A stretch of 64,000 nt of DNA. Origin: Microcoleus sp. Its GTDB lineage: Bacteria; Cyanobacteriota; Cyanobacteriia; Cyanobacteriales; Microcoleaceae. Both the position numbers and the translations under genes were made by a program. The notes beneath the pieces are model-generated. The model did not search any database and was not told where the DNA came from. It worked only from the letters and a program-made list of their open reading frames with translations. This document shows positions 39,613 through 49,900 of the stretch, one piece after another (within the stretch, counting starts at the first letter, position 1; each line of letters begins with the position of its first letter). Location: contig CP181291.1 in NCBI GenBank assembly GCA_052279835.1, forward strand, positions 896,001 through 960,000, in the 5' to 3' direction.

Positions 39613-42600
39613 CTAAGCTAGGCTGAAATCAGCAGCATTAATCATGCTGGCTGACACCCCATTCAGAGAGGCTAGAATCTCTCCGGTTGCTGAGAAACGG
39701 ATGAATGTTGCACTGTTTTCTTGAGTAATTGAGAGTTGGGAGAAAGTCAAGCCACCACCCAAGACTAACAAGTCTTTGCCGTCTTCAAAGTCAGTAATAG
39801 TATCGATGCCAGAATTGGTAGATAATAAGAAATTATCAATACCATTACCTCCGGTTAAAGTATCACTTCCCAAACCGCCAAACAACGCATCATCACCCTT
39901 ACCTCCCAGCAGAATATCATTGCCATCACCGCCATTCAAACTATCAGCACCGCGGCCGCCAAACAAGGTATCATCACCCGTACCTCCGAGCAAAATATCC
40001 CTATCCTTGCCACCGAAAAGACTATCATTCCCAGCGCCACCATCGAGGGAATCATTGCCCCTCATGCCCATCAACACATTATTTGCGCTGTCGCCAGTGA
40101 GGATATCGTCGCCATTTGTGCCGATCGTGCGATCGGGAGAATTACTGCCCAAATCGGCTTCACCGGTGACTACAGGAACCGCAATCCCAACAGGTAATAT
40201 GACAGCTTGAATCTTGCTATCTAAAGCAGCACCAGTATTGTCAGTAACTACCTGGGAAATTGTTTTATTTCCCGCGCCAACTGCTTTGAAGTCTTGAGTA
40301 GTTGCCCCCAAAGTTACTTTTTGGACGCGGGCGACTGCTTCAGGAATTGAAGTTGTTGTGCTGGATACAGCGGTATCAATGCGTTGATTTGCTGTTGCCA
40401 TTACTGTCGCAGCTTGCGAGGTAATTGAGGTGATTTTTTGACTGTTGAAACTGGGGTCAATCTGCTTAATTTTCGCCCCAGCTTGCTGAATTATTGGTTC
40501 TAAAGCGGCTGCGTTGCTGAGGTTTAAAACAGTACCGGATTGAATTGGAGTCGTAATTGAACTGACAACAGCCTTGACAATTGCGTTGGTAGTTGCACTG
40601 GAAGCACCGTCAATTAAAGCGACTGTTTGGGTGATGAAGTTTTGGACTTTCACCATTGCGGCTAAAGTTGCGACGCCACCAGGTAAATTGTTTTCGGTGG
40701 CGGCGATCGGATCTAAGTCAGTAATATCAATTTCAGCGGGAACCGAAAGAGAAGAGTTGACCAGAGATTGCGCAGTTTCCGGTGCAACTCCCTTGTCAAT
40801 TAAATCTGCGACCAAACTGGTTAACAGCGTCACAACAGTAGCGTAAGGCGGTGCAGTGACAGGCGTTTCCAAAGGCAAACCAGTGGCAGTGTCAGTACCG
40901 CCGAAAGCAACAATATTGCCTTCTTCTGGATCGAGTTCGCCATTTTGATTTTTGTCGAAAGTGTCGTTGGGGATACTCAACTCGTATTCACCACTAGCGC
41001 TAGTAGTGGCAGAAGGTTCGCTAGCATCGAGTACCCCATTCTTGTTAGCGTCAAAAAAGACAGTAGCCCCAGCGATATAACTGTCAATTACAAAGCCGCC
41101 AAGAGATTTACTTTTGAACCGAACGATCTCGCTAACGCTAGCACCCGATGAATCCGTTCCCGTTACCTTCAGCCAATAGTTGAAAGATGTTGGCCGAGTC
41201 GCGCCTAAATTGATAGTACGGGTGGCGGGATTAAAGGTTAGCCATGAAGGCAAAGGAATTTCAGGGAATTTTAACCCTGCGATCGGCTGCCGATAGGAAC
41301 CGCCGTTGAGATCGGTCTTCCAACTGTACGCCGACTCGTTCAAGGCACTGAAATCTGCCAGGGCGATCGAATAATTAATGCTATCCCCCGGATCTGGGTC
41401 TGTATCGGTGTTTGCAGCCAAAGTAAACGCATTGCCAGTTTGAGAAAAACCCAGCGCCGCACTTTGGGAAAACATAGAACGATTCACAACCGGCGGGTTG
41501 TTGCCGACAATACCTCCCGCCAAAGCCAGCATATCGACGCGCTTGAAGTTTAAGCCAGTGTTGGTAACGTTGTCATCTTCGTCGTCGCCGTCATTGATAG
41601 TGACGCCAGTTGAGTTCAGAAAATTAGCAAATTCGCTTGGCGTTAGCCGGCGACCCAAGTCTCGCTGCGCTAACTGCTGTGCTAGAACGGCAATTCCAGC
41701 GATATGGGGTGCAGCTTGGCTAGTACCAGGAAGAGTGGTTAGACCCCCAGTAGGGCCAGCCCCCGTAATCATAGCCCCAGGAGCAAAGACTGTTGTCAGT
41801 GTCTTGTCACGCTGAGAGAAAGGTGCGAGGCGATCGGCGGCAGTGGTGTTGGCGATCGCACTCCCGCTATAAGGACCGAAGTTCGAGTCAAACACCGCCC
41901 CGATCGAAAGGGAGTTCGGATCGGCAGATGGGTAACCCACACCCTGAGCGCTGCCGTAGGGGGCGAAGTCGTTGCCTGATGCTGAAACGACGATCACATT
42001 TTTCGCTGCCAAGTCTGCTAGCTCATCGTTAAGGCCGTAGAGGGTTTGGGGAGTGTTGTAATTTTGACGGTCTCCCAGCGACATATTGACACTGGCAATA
42101 TTGTACGTCGATGTGTTTGCCACCACCCATTGCAAGGCTTGTTCTACATACTTAAAGTCTCCGGAGTTATTATTCTTAAAGACCTTAAGGTGGATGATAT
42201 TGGCACCTGGTGCCATCCCCGTGTGGATACTGTCTTGAGAGGTAGCAATACTAGAAACGTTCGATCCATGTCCGTTCACGTCACTAGCATTCGCGTCGCC
42301 GTCAGCGAAATCGTAGTTATAGACGATGCGATCGGCAATGCCGTTAGAGTCACTATCCGGGCCAAAGAAAGGGTGGTTTAAGTCAATGCCGGTATCTATG
42401 ATTACTGTCGCAAAACCCCCGCCATCAATTCCGGCAAAACGCGGTGTGGCGCGGAACTTATCCATGTTGATCAGGGGGCCGGATATATCCGTGCTAGGAG
42501 AGATACTTAAATTGTCTGTAGTGAATATTTCTTCACTAGCTTTGTATACTGGGGCATTAGAGCTAGTGGTGCTGATACCGTTTAGACGAGGTGCAACAGA

Positions 42601-45600
42601 CAGGTTTAAATTGTAGGGCGTGCTAGCACCGCCAACTGATGAGACTCGAACGTAGTAGGTGCCGTGTTCTAAGGTGCGGTTAATTGACTCGGATGCAGTG
42701 CCAAAATTATTGGAACTGGCGATCGCATTTCCGCTAATGTCGAGCAAATCAACTTTAGCATCTGCATTGAGTTGGCCCAGCGACAAGTTGAAGTCATTGG
42801 TAGCACCTAAACTAAATTTGTAGTAATCATCGGTGTCGCTGCTGCTTACCGCGTCGCTGTAGGTTTTGAGATTAGAGGCTACAGCGATTTCACTTGCTGC
42901 ACTTGCTGTGTTCCCAGCAAAGTCTAGTGTTGATGCCAGTGTTGGGGTTGGAGGCGTTGGGGTTGGAGGCGTTGGGGTTGGAGGTATTGGCGTTGGCGTT
43001 GGAGTTATGGGTGTTGGAGTGGGAGTTATAGGCGTTGGAGGTGTTGGGGTGGGAGGTGTTGGTGTTGGTGTTGGGGTGGCAGGTGTTGGTGTTGGAGGTG
43101 TTGGTGTTGGAGGTGTTGGGGTGGGAGGTGTTGGTGTTGGAGGTGTTGGAGTTGGAGGTGTTGGTGTTGGAGGTGTTGGAGTTGGAGGTGTTGGTGTTGG
43201 AGGTGTTGGAGTTGGAGGAGTTGGTGTTGGAGGAGTTGGAGTTGGAGGTGTTGGAGTTGGAGGTGTTGGAGTTGGGGCGGTATCGTTATCAGTAATGGCG
43301 ACATTAACAGGCGAAATCGTGATGCTGTTATATTTAACATCGGTACTGGTAGCGGTATGGTCGATCGCCTCGCTGTGATTCCCTTCAACAACAGCATCGT
43401 CAGTCGCAGTCACAGTGACTGTTTTGGCAATATTCCAGTTAGTAGCGTCGAAAGTAACAGAGGCGATCGCATTTATTTGATTCCCCCCGTCAAAACTGAT
43501 GGTGACAGGTGCTGTTGGCTGCGAATTTAGCTTGAGTGTATAACTCCCTGTGGCACCGCCTTCTGTAGCAGTAGTGCTCGCAGAATTGATGGAAACGCCT
43601 GCTGTATCCTTGTCGCTGTTAGTGACGCTAACATCAGCTAGATTGATGTTGTTGTAATTGCTGTCTGTGCTTGTAGCAGTGGTGACAATCTTGTAAGCTA
43701 TATCTCCGTCTGCTACAGTGTCGTCAACACCTGTAACTGTGACTGTTTGTGGCTGATTCCAGTTAGTAGGAGTGAAAGTCAGGCTTGGTTGAGAAACTTT
43801 TCCTTCTGCGAGATTGGAACTGGTAAGGGCGATCGCCACTGGTGCAGTTGGTTGTGTGTTGAGGACAATGCTGAAATTAGCAGTGTCGCCTGCTTCTGTG
43901 GTGGTTAATCCTGCGATCGGATTAACGGTGATACCAGGAGTTTCGTTATCGGTATTTGTGACGCTGACATCGGCGGGATTGAGATTATTGTAATTAGTGT
44001 CGGTACTGACAGCCGCAGCAGTAACAATATTGTAAGTTTTATTGCCATCAGCAATGCTGTCGTCAACACCAGTCACCTTGACTGTTTGCAGTGCATTCCA
44101 GTTAGCAGGAGTGAAAGTTAAACTATTGCTAGAAACGGTTCCTTCTGCGGTATTGGAACTACTCAAACCAAGAGTAACGTTAGCAGTAGGTTGGCTTTTA
44201 AGTTTAACGGTAAATGTAGCAGTGCCTCCTGTTTCTGTTGTAGAAAGTCCGCTGACAGGATTGATAGTAAAGCCGGGACTGTCATCGTTAGTAATAGTAG
44301 TGGTAGCAGTAGCAGCAGTAATTGCAGGTGCTGGGCCTGGTGCAACAGGATTTGATAAAGTAACGGTGATAGTTTCGTCAGGTTCGATCGCGCTATCCCC
44401 TAAAACATCCAGAGTTATAGTTCTGGATGTCTGGCTAGCACCAAAATTAATCGTACCAGTCGTGCCAGTAGCCCCAGAAGTGCCACCGATGTTGTTGTAA
44501 TCGCTGACGTTTGTAGCAGTTCCTCCAATGGCATAATTTACGCTGCTAGCCGCATTGATTCCGCCGCTGCGAGTCACCGTAAAAGTAACAGAAGTTTTGC
44601 CGGAGTTGCCTTCGGCGATGCTGGCGGAACCTGCCGCAATGGCGTAAGCTACAGCATCGTTAGCCGCAATAGTTAGTGTTGTTTGCTTTGTTGTACCTGC
44701 AATCCCATCAGTAATTGTGCCAAGGTTGAACACCGCTGTTTCGGCATTTTCTGGGATATTGTCAGCTTTGACAGTGACAGCAACATTTTGAGTTAGGGTT
44801 TTGGTATCTGCCGCGAAGGTGAGAGTCGTCGGTGAAAAAGTGTAGTCTGAAGTTTGGGTGGCACTGCTGCTGGGGTTAAGTGCGATCGCAACTGTCAAAT
44901 CTTTGACGGGACTGCTGCTGATAGTAACGGGAATATTAACAATAGTATCCGCATTTCCTTCTGTAGCGCTGTAGGTAGCAGCCCCGAAATTCACTGTCGG
45001 TGTATTGTTGAGTAAAACCGAGACGCTGTTAGAGTTGGCCCCATAGTTCGCTGTCGCTAAGTCTATCTTGCCGTCAGCGTTAAAGTCCCCAACAGCAACG
45101 GAATAGGGTGTCGCCCCCGCAAAGTTGGCCGCCGCACTAAAATTGCCCGCGCCATTTCCCAACAAAATGGAGACATTTTTAGCACCATAGTTCGCTACAG
45201 CTAAGTCTGATTGGTTATCGTTGTTAAAGTCTCCAACTGTAACAGAAGACGGATTTGTCCCCACATTAAAGTTAGTAGCAGCCCCAAAACTGCCTGTCCC
45301 TGTCCCCAACAAAATCGATACATTATTCGATTGACTGTTTGCTACAGCTAAGTCTGACTTATTATCGCTGTTAAAGTCTCCAACTGTAACAGAAGACGGA
45401 TTTGTCCCCACATTAAAGTTAGTAAGAAACCCAAAACTGCCTGTCCCTGTCCCCAACAGGATCGATAGGTTGTTAGAGTCGTAGTTTGCCGTAGCTAGGT
45501 CTAGTTTGCCGTCAGCATTAAAGTCTCCCGCGACGACTGACTGCGGATTTGTCCCCACATTAAAGTTAGTAGCAAACCCAAAACTGCCCGTACCCGTCCC

Positions 45601-46047
45601 CAACAGGATGGATACATTGCCAGCAGTGTTTGCCGTAGCTAAATCTGGCTTGCCGTCGCTGTTAAAGTCCCCCACAGCTACAGAAGAGGGACGATATGCC
45701 CCCGTGTCAAATCTGGTGCCGGTGCCAAAGCTACCCGTGCCATTTCCCAACAGGATGGTTACCCCATAAGACGGAAATTCCCCTCCGCTAGCCCACGGTG
45801 CAACTATATCGAGGTTGCCGTCGCTGTTAAAGTCTCCCACACCCAGGGAGTCGGGGCTAGCCCCGGCGTTAAAGTTGGCAGCAGTGCCAAAGCCACCTGT
45901 GCCATTCCCCAACAGAATGGAGACGTTGGCACCGGAACCGTTGGATGTGGCGATATCTGGTTTGCCATCTTTGTTAAAGTCTCCGACAACAACGGAATTG
46001 GGCAATGTGCCGACAGGAAAGTTGGTTGCGGTACTGAATGTAGACAT
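39613..46047 (-). CDS. Giant RTX/T1SS-type exoprotein: FG-GAP propeller, Calx-beta/cadherin-like repeats, PT linker, PPC, intact S8 subtilase, Ig-like, hemolysin-type Ca-binding repeats
   Basis: GDFNxDGKxDLA x7; IIDTG / NGHGSNV / GTSQAAPH triad; GGxGxDxL nonapeptides and DTITDFE at the C-terminus; no signal peptide. Confidence 0.88.
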   Translation of the reverse strand: MSTFSTATNFPVGTLPNSVVVGDFNKDGKPDIATSNGSGANVSILLGNGTGGFGTAANFNAGASPDSLGVGDFNSDGNLDIVAPWASGGEFPSYGVTILLGNGTGSFGTGTRFDTGAYRPSSVAVGDFNSDGKPDLATANTAGNVSILLGTGTGSFGFATNFNVGTNPQSVVAGDFNADGKLDLATANYDSNNLSILLGTGTGSFGFLTNFNVGTNPSSVTVGDFNSDNKSDLAVANSQSNNVSILLGTGTGSFGAATNFNVGTNPSSVTVGDFNNDNQSDLAVANYGAKNVSILLGNGAGNFSAAANFAGATPYSVAVGDFNADGKIDLATANYGANSNSVSVLLNNTPTVNFGAATYSATEGNADTIVNIPVTISSSPVKDLTVAIALNPSSSATQTSDYTFSPTTLTFAADTKTLTQNVAVTVKADNIPENAETAVFNLGTITDGIAGTTKQTTLTIAANDAVAYAIAAGSASIAEGNSGKTSVTFTVTRSGGINAASSVNYAIGGTATNVSDYNNIGGTSGATGTTGTINFGASQTSRTITLDVLGDSAIEPDETITVTLSNPVAPGPAPAITAATATTTITNDDSPGFTINPVSGLSTTETGGTATFTVKLKSQPTANVTLGLSSSNTAEGTVSSNSLTFTPANWNALQTVKVTGVDDSIADGNKTYNIVTAAAVSTDTNYNNLNPADVSVTNTDNETPGITVNPIAGLTTTEAGDTANFSIVLNTQPTAPVAIALTSSNLAEGKVSQPSLTFTPTNWNQPQTVTVTGVDDTVADGDIAYKIVTTATSTDSNYNNINLADVSVTNSDKDTAGVSINSASTTATEGGATGSYTLKLNSQPTAPVTISFDGGNQINAIASVTFDATNWNIAKTVTVTATDDAVVEGNHSEAIDHTATSTDVKYNSITISPVNVAITDNDTAPTPTPPTPTPPTPTPPTPTPPTPTPPTPTPPTPTPPTPTPPTPTPPTPTPPTPTPPTPTPPTPTPATPTPTPTPPTPTPPTPITPTPTPITPTPTPIPPTPTPPTPTPPTPTLASTLDFAGNTASAASEIAVASNLKTYSDAVSSSDTDDYYKFSLGATNDFNLSLGQLNADAKVDLLDISGNAIASSNNFGTASESINRTLEHGTYYVRVSSVGGASTPYNLNLSVAPRLNGISTTSSNAPVYKASEEIFTTDNLSISPSTDISGPLINMDKFRATPRFAGIDGGGFATVIIDTGIDLNHPFFGPDSDSNGIADRIVYNYDFADGDANASDVNGHGSNVSSIATSQDSIHTGMAPGANIIHLKVFKNNNSGDFKYVEQALQWVVANTSTYNIASVNMSLGDRQNYNTPQTLYGLNDELADLAAKNVIVVSASGNDFAPYGSAQGVGYPSADPNSLSIGAVFDSNFGPYSGSAIANTTAADRLAPFSQRDKTLTTVFAPGAMITGAGPTGGLTTLPGTSQAAPHIAGIAVLAQQLAQRDLGRRLTPSEFANFLNSTGVTINDGDDEDDNVTNTGLNFKRVDMLALAGGIVGNNPPVVNRSMFSQSAALGFSQTGNAFTLAANTDTDPDPGDSINYSIALADFSALNESAYSWKTDLNGGSYRQPIAGLKFPEIPLPSWLTFNPATRTINLGATRPTSFNYWLKVTGTDSSGASVSEIVRFKSKSLGGFVIDSYIAGATVFFDANKNGVLDASEPSATTSASGEYELSIPNDTFDKNQNGELDPEEGNIVAFGGTDTATGLPLETPVTAPPYATVVTLLTSLVADLIDKGVAPETAQSLVNSSLSVPAEIDITDLDPIAATENNLPGGVATLAAMVKVQNFITQTVALIDGASSATTNAIVKAVVSSITTPIQSGTVLNLSNAAALEPIIQQAGAKIKQIDPSFNSQKITSITSQAATVMATANQRIDTAVSSTTTSIPEAVARVQKVTLGATTQDFKAVGAGNKTISQVVTDNTGAALDSKIQAVILPVGIAVPVVTGEADLGSNSPDRTIGTNGDDILTGDSANNVLMGMRGNDSLDGGAGNDSLFGGKDRDILLGGTGDDTLFGGRGADSLNGGDGNDILLGGKGDDALFGGLGSDTLTGGNGIDNFLLSTNSGIDTITDFEDGKDLLVLGGGLTFSQLSITQENSATFIRFSATGEILASLNGVSASMINAADFSLA
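42940..43277 (-). repeat. Pro/Thr linker, mostly 15-bp (PTPTP) tandem units
   Basis: GGAGGTGTTGG(T/A/G)GTT tandem units. Confidence 0.9.
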
Positions 46048-46116
46048 GATTGATTTACCTCTTAATTGACAAGTAATTTTTGATGTTTGGAGTTGTGAAA
46101 CTGATGCAAATTACAC

Positions 46117-46614
46117 CTAAGTTGCTGGCATCAGTATCCTGACGATCGCAAGTACAGTCAGGCTGCCTCCCACAGCGATGGTTAGTATATTCCATACCGA
46201 AAATCGATCGTTAGGATTGTGGTTTGGTGCTACTAAACCATTCAGTTCATTCACAGTCTCTTGAACGGGAAGCAAAATTATTACAGAGAAAAAACTCACT
46301 AGCAAGTATGGTTTTGGCAGTTGGGCACACAGCGCCATCCCAATCCAAGCAACAGTCAGCAAGAATGGACTAAAGTTGGCATCTATGCCGCGCATTTTAG
46401 CCCTATTTCTAATCTTCGTAATTAAGGAATAACAAAAAAGGCCGTTGAAAACTGCTCTCCAAAATGGGCTAATGTTGCTTCCTGTTGCGGCTTTGAATAG
46501 CTGCCAGTTTTTGTAACACCAAAAAATTTGATAGAGTCCGAAGGTTACTAGGGACATCACGAGCAACTTAAAGCGAGAAACAGGAAAAAAGATTGGTTGT
46601 GAGTTTTCGTACAT
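46117..46614 (-). CDS. Small membrane protein (DUF4234/DUF4328-like)
   Basis: SLVTFGLYQIFWCYKNW motif, about four transmembrane segments, GGAGGT RBS. Confidence 0.7.
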   Translation of the reverse strand: MYENSQPIFFPVSRFKLLVMSLVTFGLYQIFWCYKNWQLFKAATGSNISPFWRAVFNGLFCYSLITKIRNRAKMRGIDANFSPFLLTVAWIGMALCAQLPKPYLLVSFFSVIILLPVQETVNELNGLVAPNHNPNDRFSVWNILTIAVGGSLTVLAIVRILMPAT

Positions 46615-46681
46615 ATCAAAAACCTCCTGGGTGGATCAACTAAATGCTCGATCGAGACTTGCAGCAGATTGCAGGTTTATG

Positions 46682-46873
46682 AGTCCGCCAGCCCTCTCGT
46701 CTACCCGGTAGTCCGGCAGGGGTTTAAACCCCTGCCTCAAAGCTGAAGTCCTCTGAAGAGGACTGAGAATAAGAATTTTTCAACTCATTAGTCCTCTTTG
46801 AGAGGACTTTCGCTATTAGACAGGGGTTTAAACCCCTGGCGGACTACTGGGTGGGCGGGAGGATTGGCGGACT
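46682..46873. repeat. Solitary REPIN-like cruciform palindrome, same family as those flanking the Y1 transposase
   Basis: GTAGTCCGGCAGGGGTTTAAACCCCTG...AGTCCTCTGAAGAGGACT...AGTCCTCTTTGAGAGGACT...CAGGGGTTTAAACCCCTGGCGGACTAC (46708-46847) inside a longer imperfect outer inverted repeat. Confidence 0.85.
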
Positions 46874-46936
46874 AAAAGCTGAAAGTTGAAATTAAAGTTG
46901 ACACCAATTGGCTCAGCCTAAGTCCCTACATGGCTA

Positions 46937-49900
46937 TTAGATTGAGCCAAAATTGGCGACACCGATCGCACTTGCCGTCACTCCATTCAGAGAGGCTAAA
47001 ATCTCTCCGGTTGCTGACAAGCGGATGAATGTTGCACTGTTTTCTTGGGTAATTGACAATTGCGAAAAAGTCAGCCCATTACCCAATACCAACAAGTCTT
47101 TACCAACTTCAAAGTCAGTAATAGTATCGATGCCAGAATTGGTAGAAAGCAAGAATTTATCATTACCATTTCCTCCGGTTAAAGTATCATTTCCCAAACC
47201 GCCATTCAACAAATCATCATCCCGATTTCCAAACAAGATATCATCACCGCTACCGCCCAACAAAGTATCGTTAGCCTTGCCTCCAAACAGAGTGTCATTC
47301 CCAACACCGCCGTCGAGGGAATCATTGCCCCTCAGACCCAGCAAAACATTATTCGCGCTGTCGCCAGTCAGGAGATCGTCGCCATTCGTACCGAGAATGC
47401 GATCGGGAGAATTGCTGCCCAAATCCGCATCGCCGCTGACTACAGGAGTCGCAATCCCAACAGGTAATATGACAGCTTGAATTTTGCTATCTAAAGCAGT
47501 ACCAGTATTGTCAGTAACTACCTGAGAAATTGTCTTATTTCCCGCGCCAACTGCTTTGAAGTCTTGAGTTGTGATGCCCAAAGCTACTTGTTGGACGCGG
47601 GCGACTGCTTCAGGAATTGAAGTTGTTGTGCTGGAGACAGCAGTATCAATCCGCTGATTTGCTGTTGCCATTACTGTCGCAGCTTGCGAAGTAATTGAGG
47701 TGACTTTTTGACTGTTGAAACTGGGGTCAATCTGCTGGATTTTCGCTGCGGCTTGCTGAATTATGGGTTCTAAAGCGGCTGCCTTGCTGAGGTTTAAAAC
47801 AGTACCGGATTGAATTGGAGTCGTAATTGCACTGACAACAGCCTTGACAATTTCGTTAGTTGCTGCACTGGAAGCACCGTCAATCAAAGCAGCAGTTTGA
47901 GTGATGACGTTTTGGACTTTCACCATTGCGGCTAAAGTTGCGACGCCGCCCGGTTCGCTATTTTTGGTGGCGTCGATCGGATCGAAATCTGCGATCGCAA
48001 CGTCAGCGGGAATGGCAAGAGCAGATTTGATGAGAGATTCGGCCCGATCGCTCTCAATGCCCTTATCTATCAAGTCCACCATCAGAGTAGTTAACAGCGT
48101 GACCACAGTAGCGTCAGCAGGTGCAGTAACAGGCGTTTCTAAAGGCAAACCCGTCGCGGTATCAATTCCGCCAAAAGCAACTAAATTGCCTTCATTTGAA
48201 TCAATTTCTCCATTGGCGTTTTTGTCGAAGGTCTCGAAGGGGAAATCGAAATTAAATAGACCGCTATTGTCAGTATTGGTTGATGGTTCATTAGCATCGA
48301 GAACACCATTTTTATTGGCATCCAAAAATACCTTGGCACCTGCAATGTAATTATCAATCACCCAGCGACCCTTATATTTCGTGATTTTGAAGATTTGAGA
48401 ACTACTAGCACCAGCAGGATCGGTGGCCGTTAACTTCACCTTAAATGGTTTGACAAAACTGAATGGTTTGCCATTAATATTAAACACTGGCGGAGTGCCA
48501 GTAAATTTGATGGTATTCTGGTTAGAGTCGAAAGAGAATCTCAGCCAGCTACTGTTGAAACTGCTGGTTAAAGGACTGTCATTCTCTAGAGTTAATTTGT
48601 AGGAGATTAAGTCACCATCAGGATCGGTGTAGACATTTTGAATGTCTTGATTAAGCTCCTTAATGTAATAGTCTAAATGAATTTTCTCTTGCGGCGGGCG
48701 GTTCTGAACAAAACCTCCTCCAGCAATAGCTTGGCCCAAAGCCAGCACATCGACACGCTTGAAATTAATACCGGTATTGAAAACATTATCGCTTTCGTTG
48801 TCGCCGTCGTTGATAGTCACACCGGTTGATTTCAAAAGTTGGGCGAACTCGGTTTGTGTCAGTCGGCGGCCTAATTTTTGCTGTGCTAACTGTTGCGCTA
48901 ATACTGCAATGCCACTAATGTGGGCTGCTGCTTGACCGGTACCGTGATAGGTACTTAAATTGCCATCTTTGCCAGCCCCGGTGATGGGTGCTCCCGGAGC
49001 AAAAACTGTGGTTAATGTCGGGCTACGCTGAGAAATGGGAGTAATGCGATCGGCATCAGTGGTATAAGCGGTAGCAGGCCCAAAATAATTGCCATAATCG
49101 TATCGACCGATGTTGGAATTGTATACCGCGCCGATCGACAGCGAATTTGGATCGGCTGAAGGGTAGTTGACACCTAGAGGTAGAGGATTCTGATACTGAT
49201 AGTAACGGTTGCCTGATGAAGAGACAACAATTATATTCTTCGCCCTCAAAGCAGCCAGTTCATCTCCAATACCGTAGGCTGAAGCAGCAGTGGTAAAATT
49301 CTCAGAACTGCCCAATGACATATTAACGCTGGCAATGTTGTAAGCGTCTGCATTTTGCAATACCCACTGCAAAGCTTGTTCTATAAACGGAAACTTATTA
49401 ATTTCGTCTCCACCCAAAGGCTTAATATCTTTTCTCACTTTGAGCTCGATAATTTTAGCCCCAGGTGCCATTCCCGTATAGGTTGAATCTTGGGAAGCAA
49501 TAATGCTGGCAACGTTCGATCCGGCGCCGTCAAAGTCGCTAGCATTCGCGTCACCGTCGGCAAAATCGTAGTTATAAACGATGCGATCGCTGATTCCGTT
49601 TGAATCGGTGTCAGGGCCAAAAAATGGGTGGTTTAAGTCGATGCCAGTATCCAAAACCGCTACAGAAAAACCGCTACCGTCTATACCGGAAAAAGCCGGT
49701 GTGGCGCGGAATTTGTCCAGATTTATCAGGGAACTGGATACACTGGCAGGTCTAATATTATTGGGGTTGGGGTCGTCTACATTGCCAAAACCATCAGAAT
49801 TCGTTGTGGCAAAGAAGTTATCGATCGGCAAATTGTATATACTACTATTGCCACTAATCGAATTTGACAGGGGATTTGTCACGGCTGCCTCTTCATAGCC

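Noticed and set aside
42866..43397. Gly/Val-rich and Gln/His/Leu-rich ORFs (also 50580-51131)
   Set aside because: Shadows of the Pro/Thr linkers.
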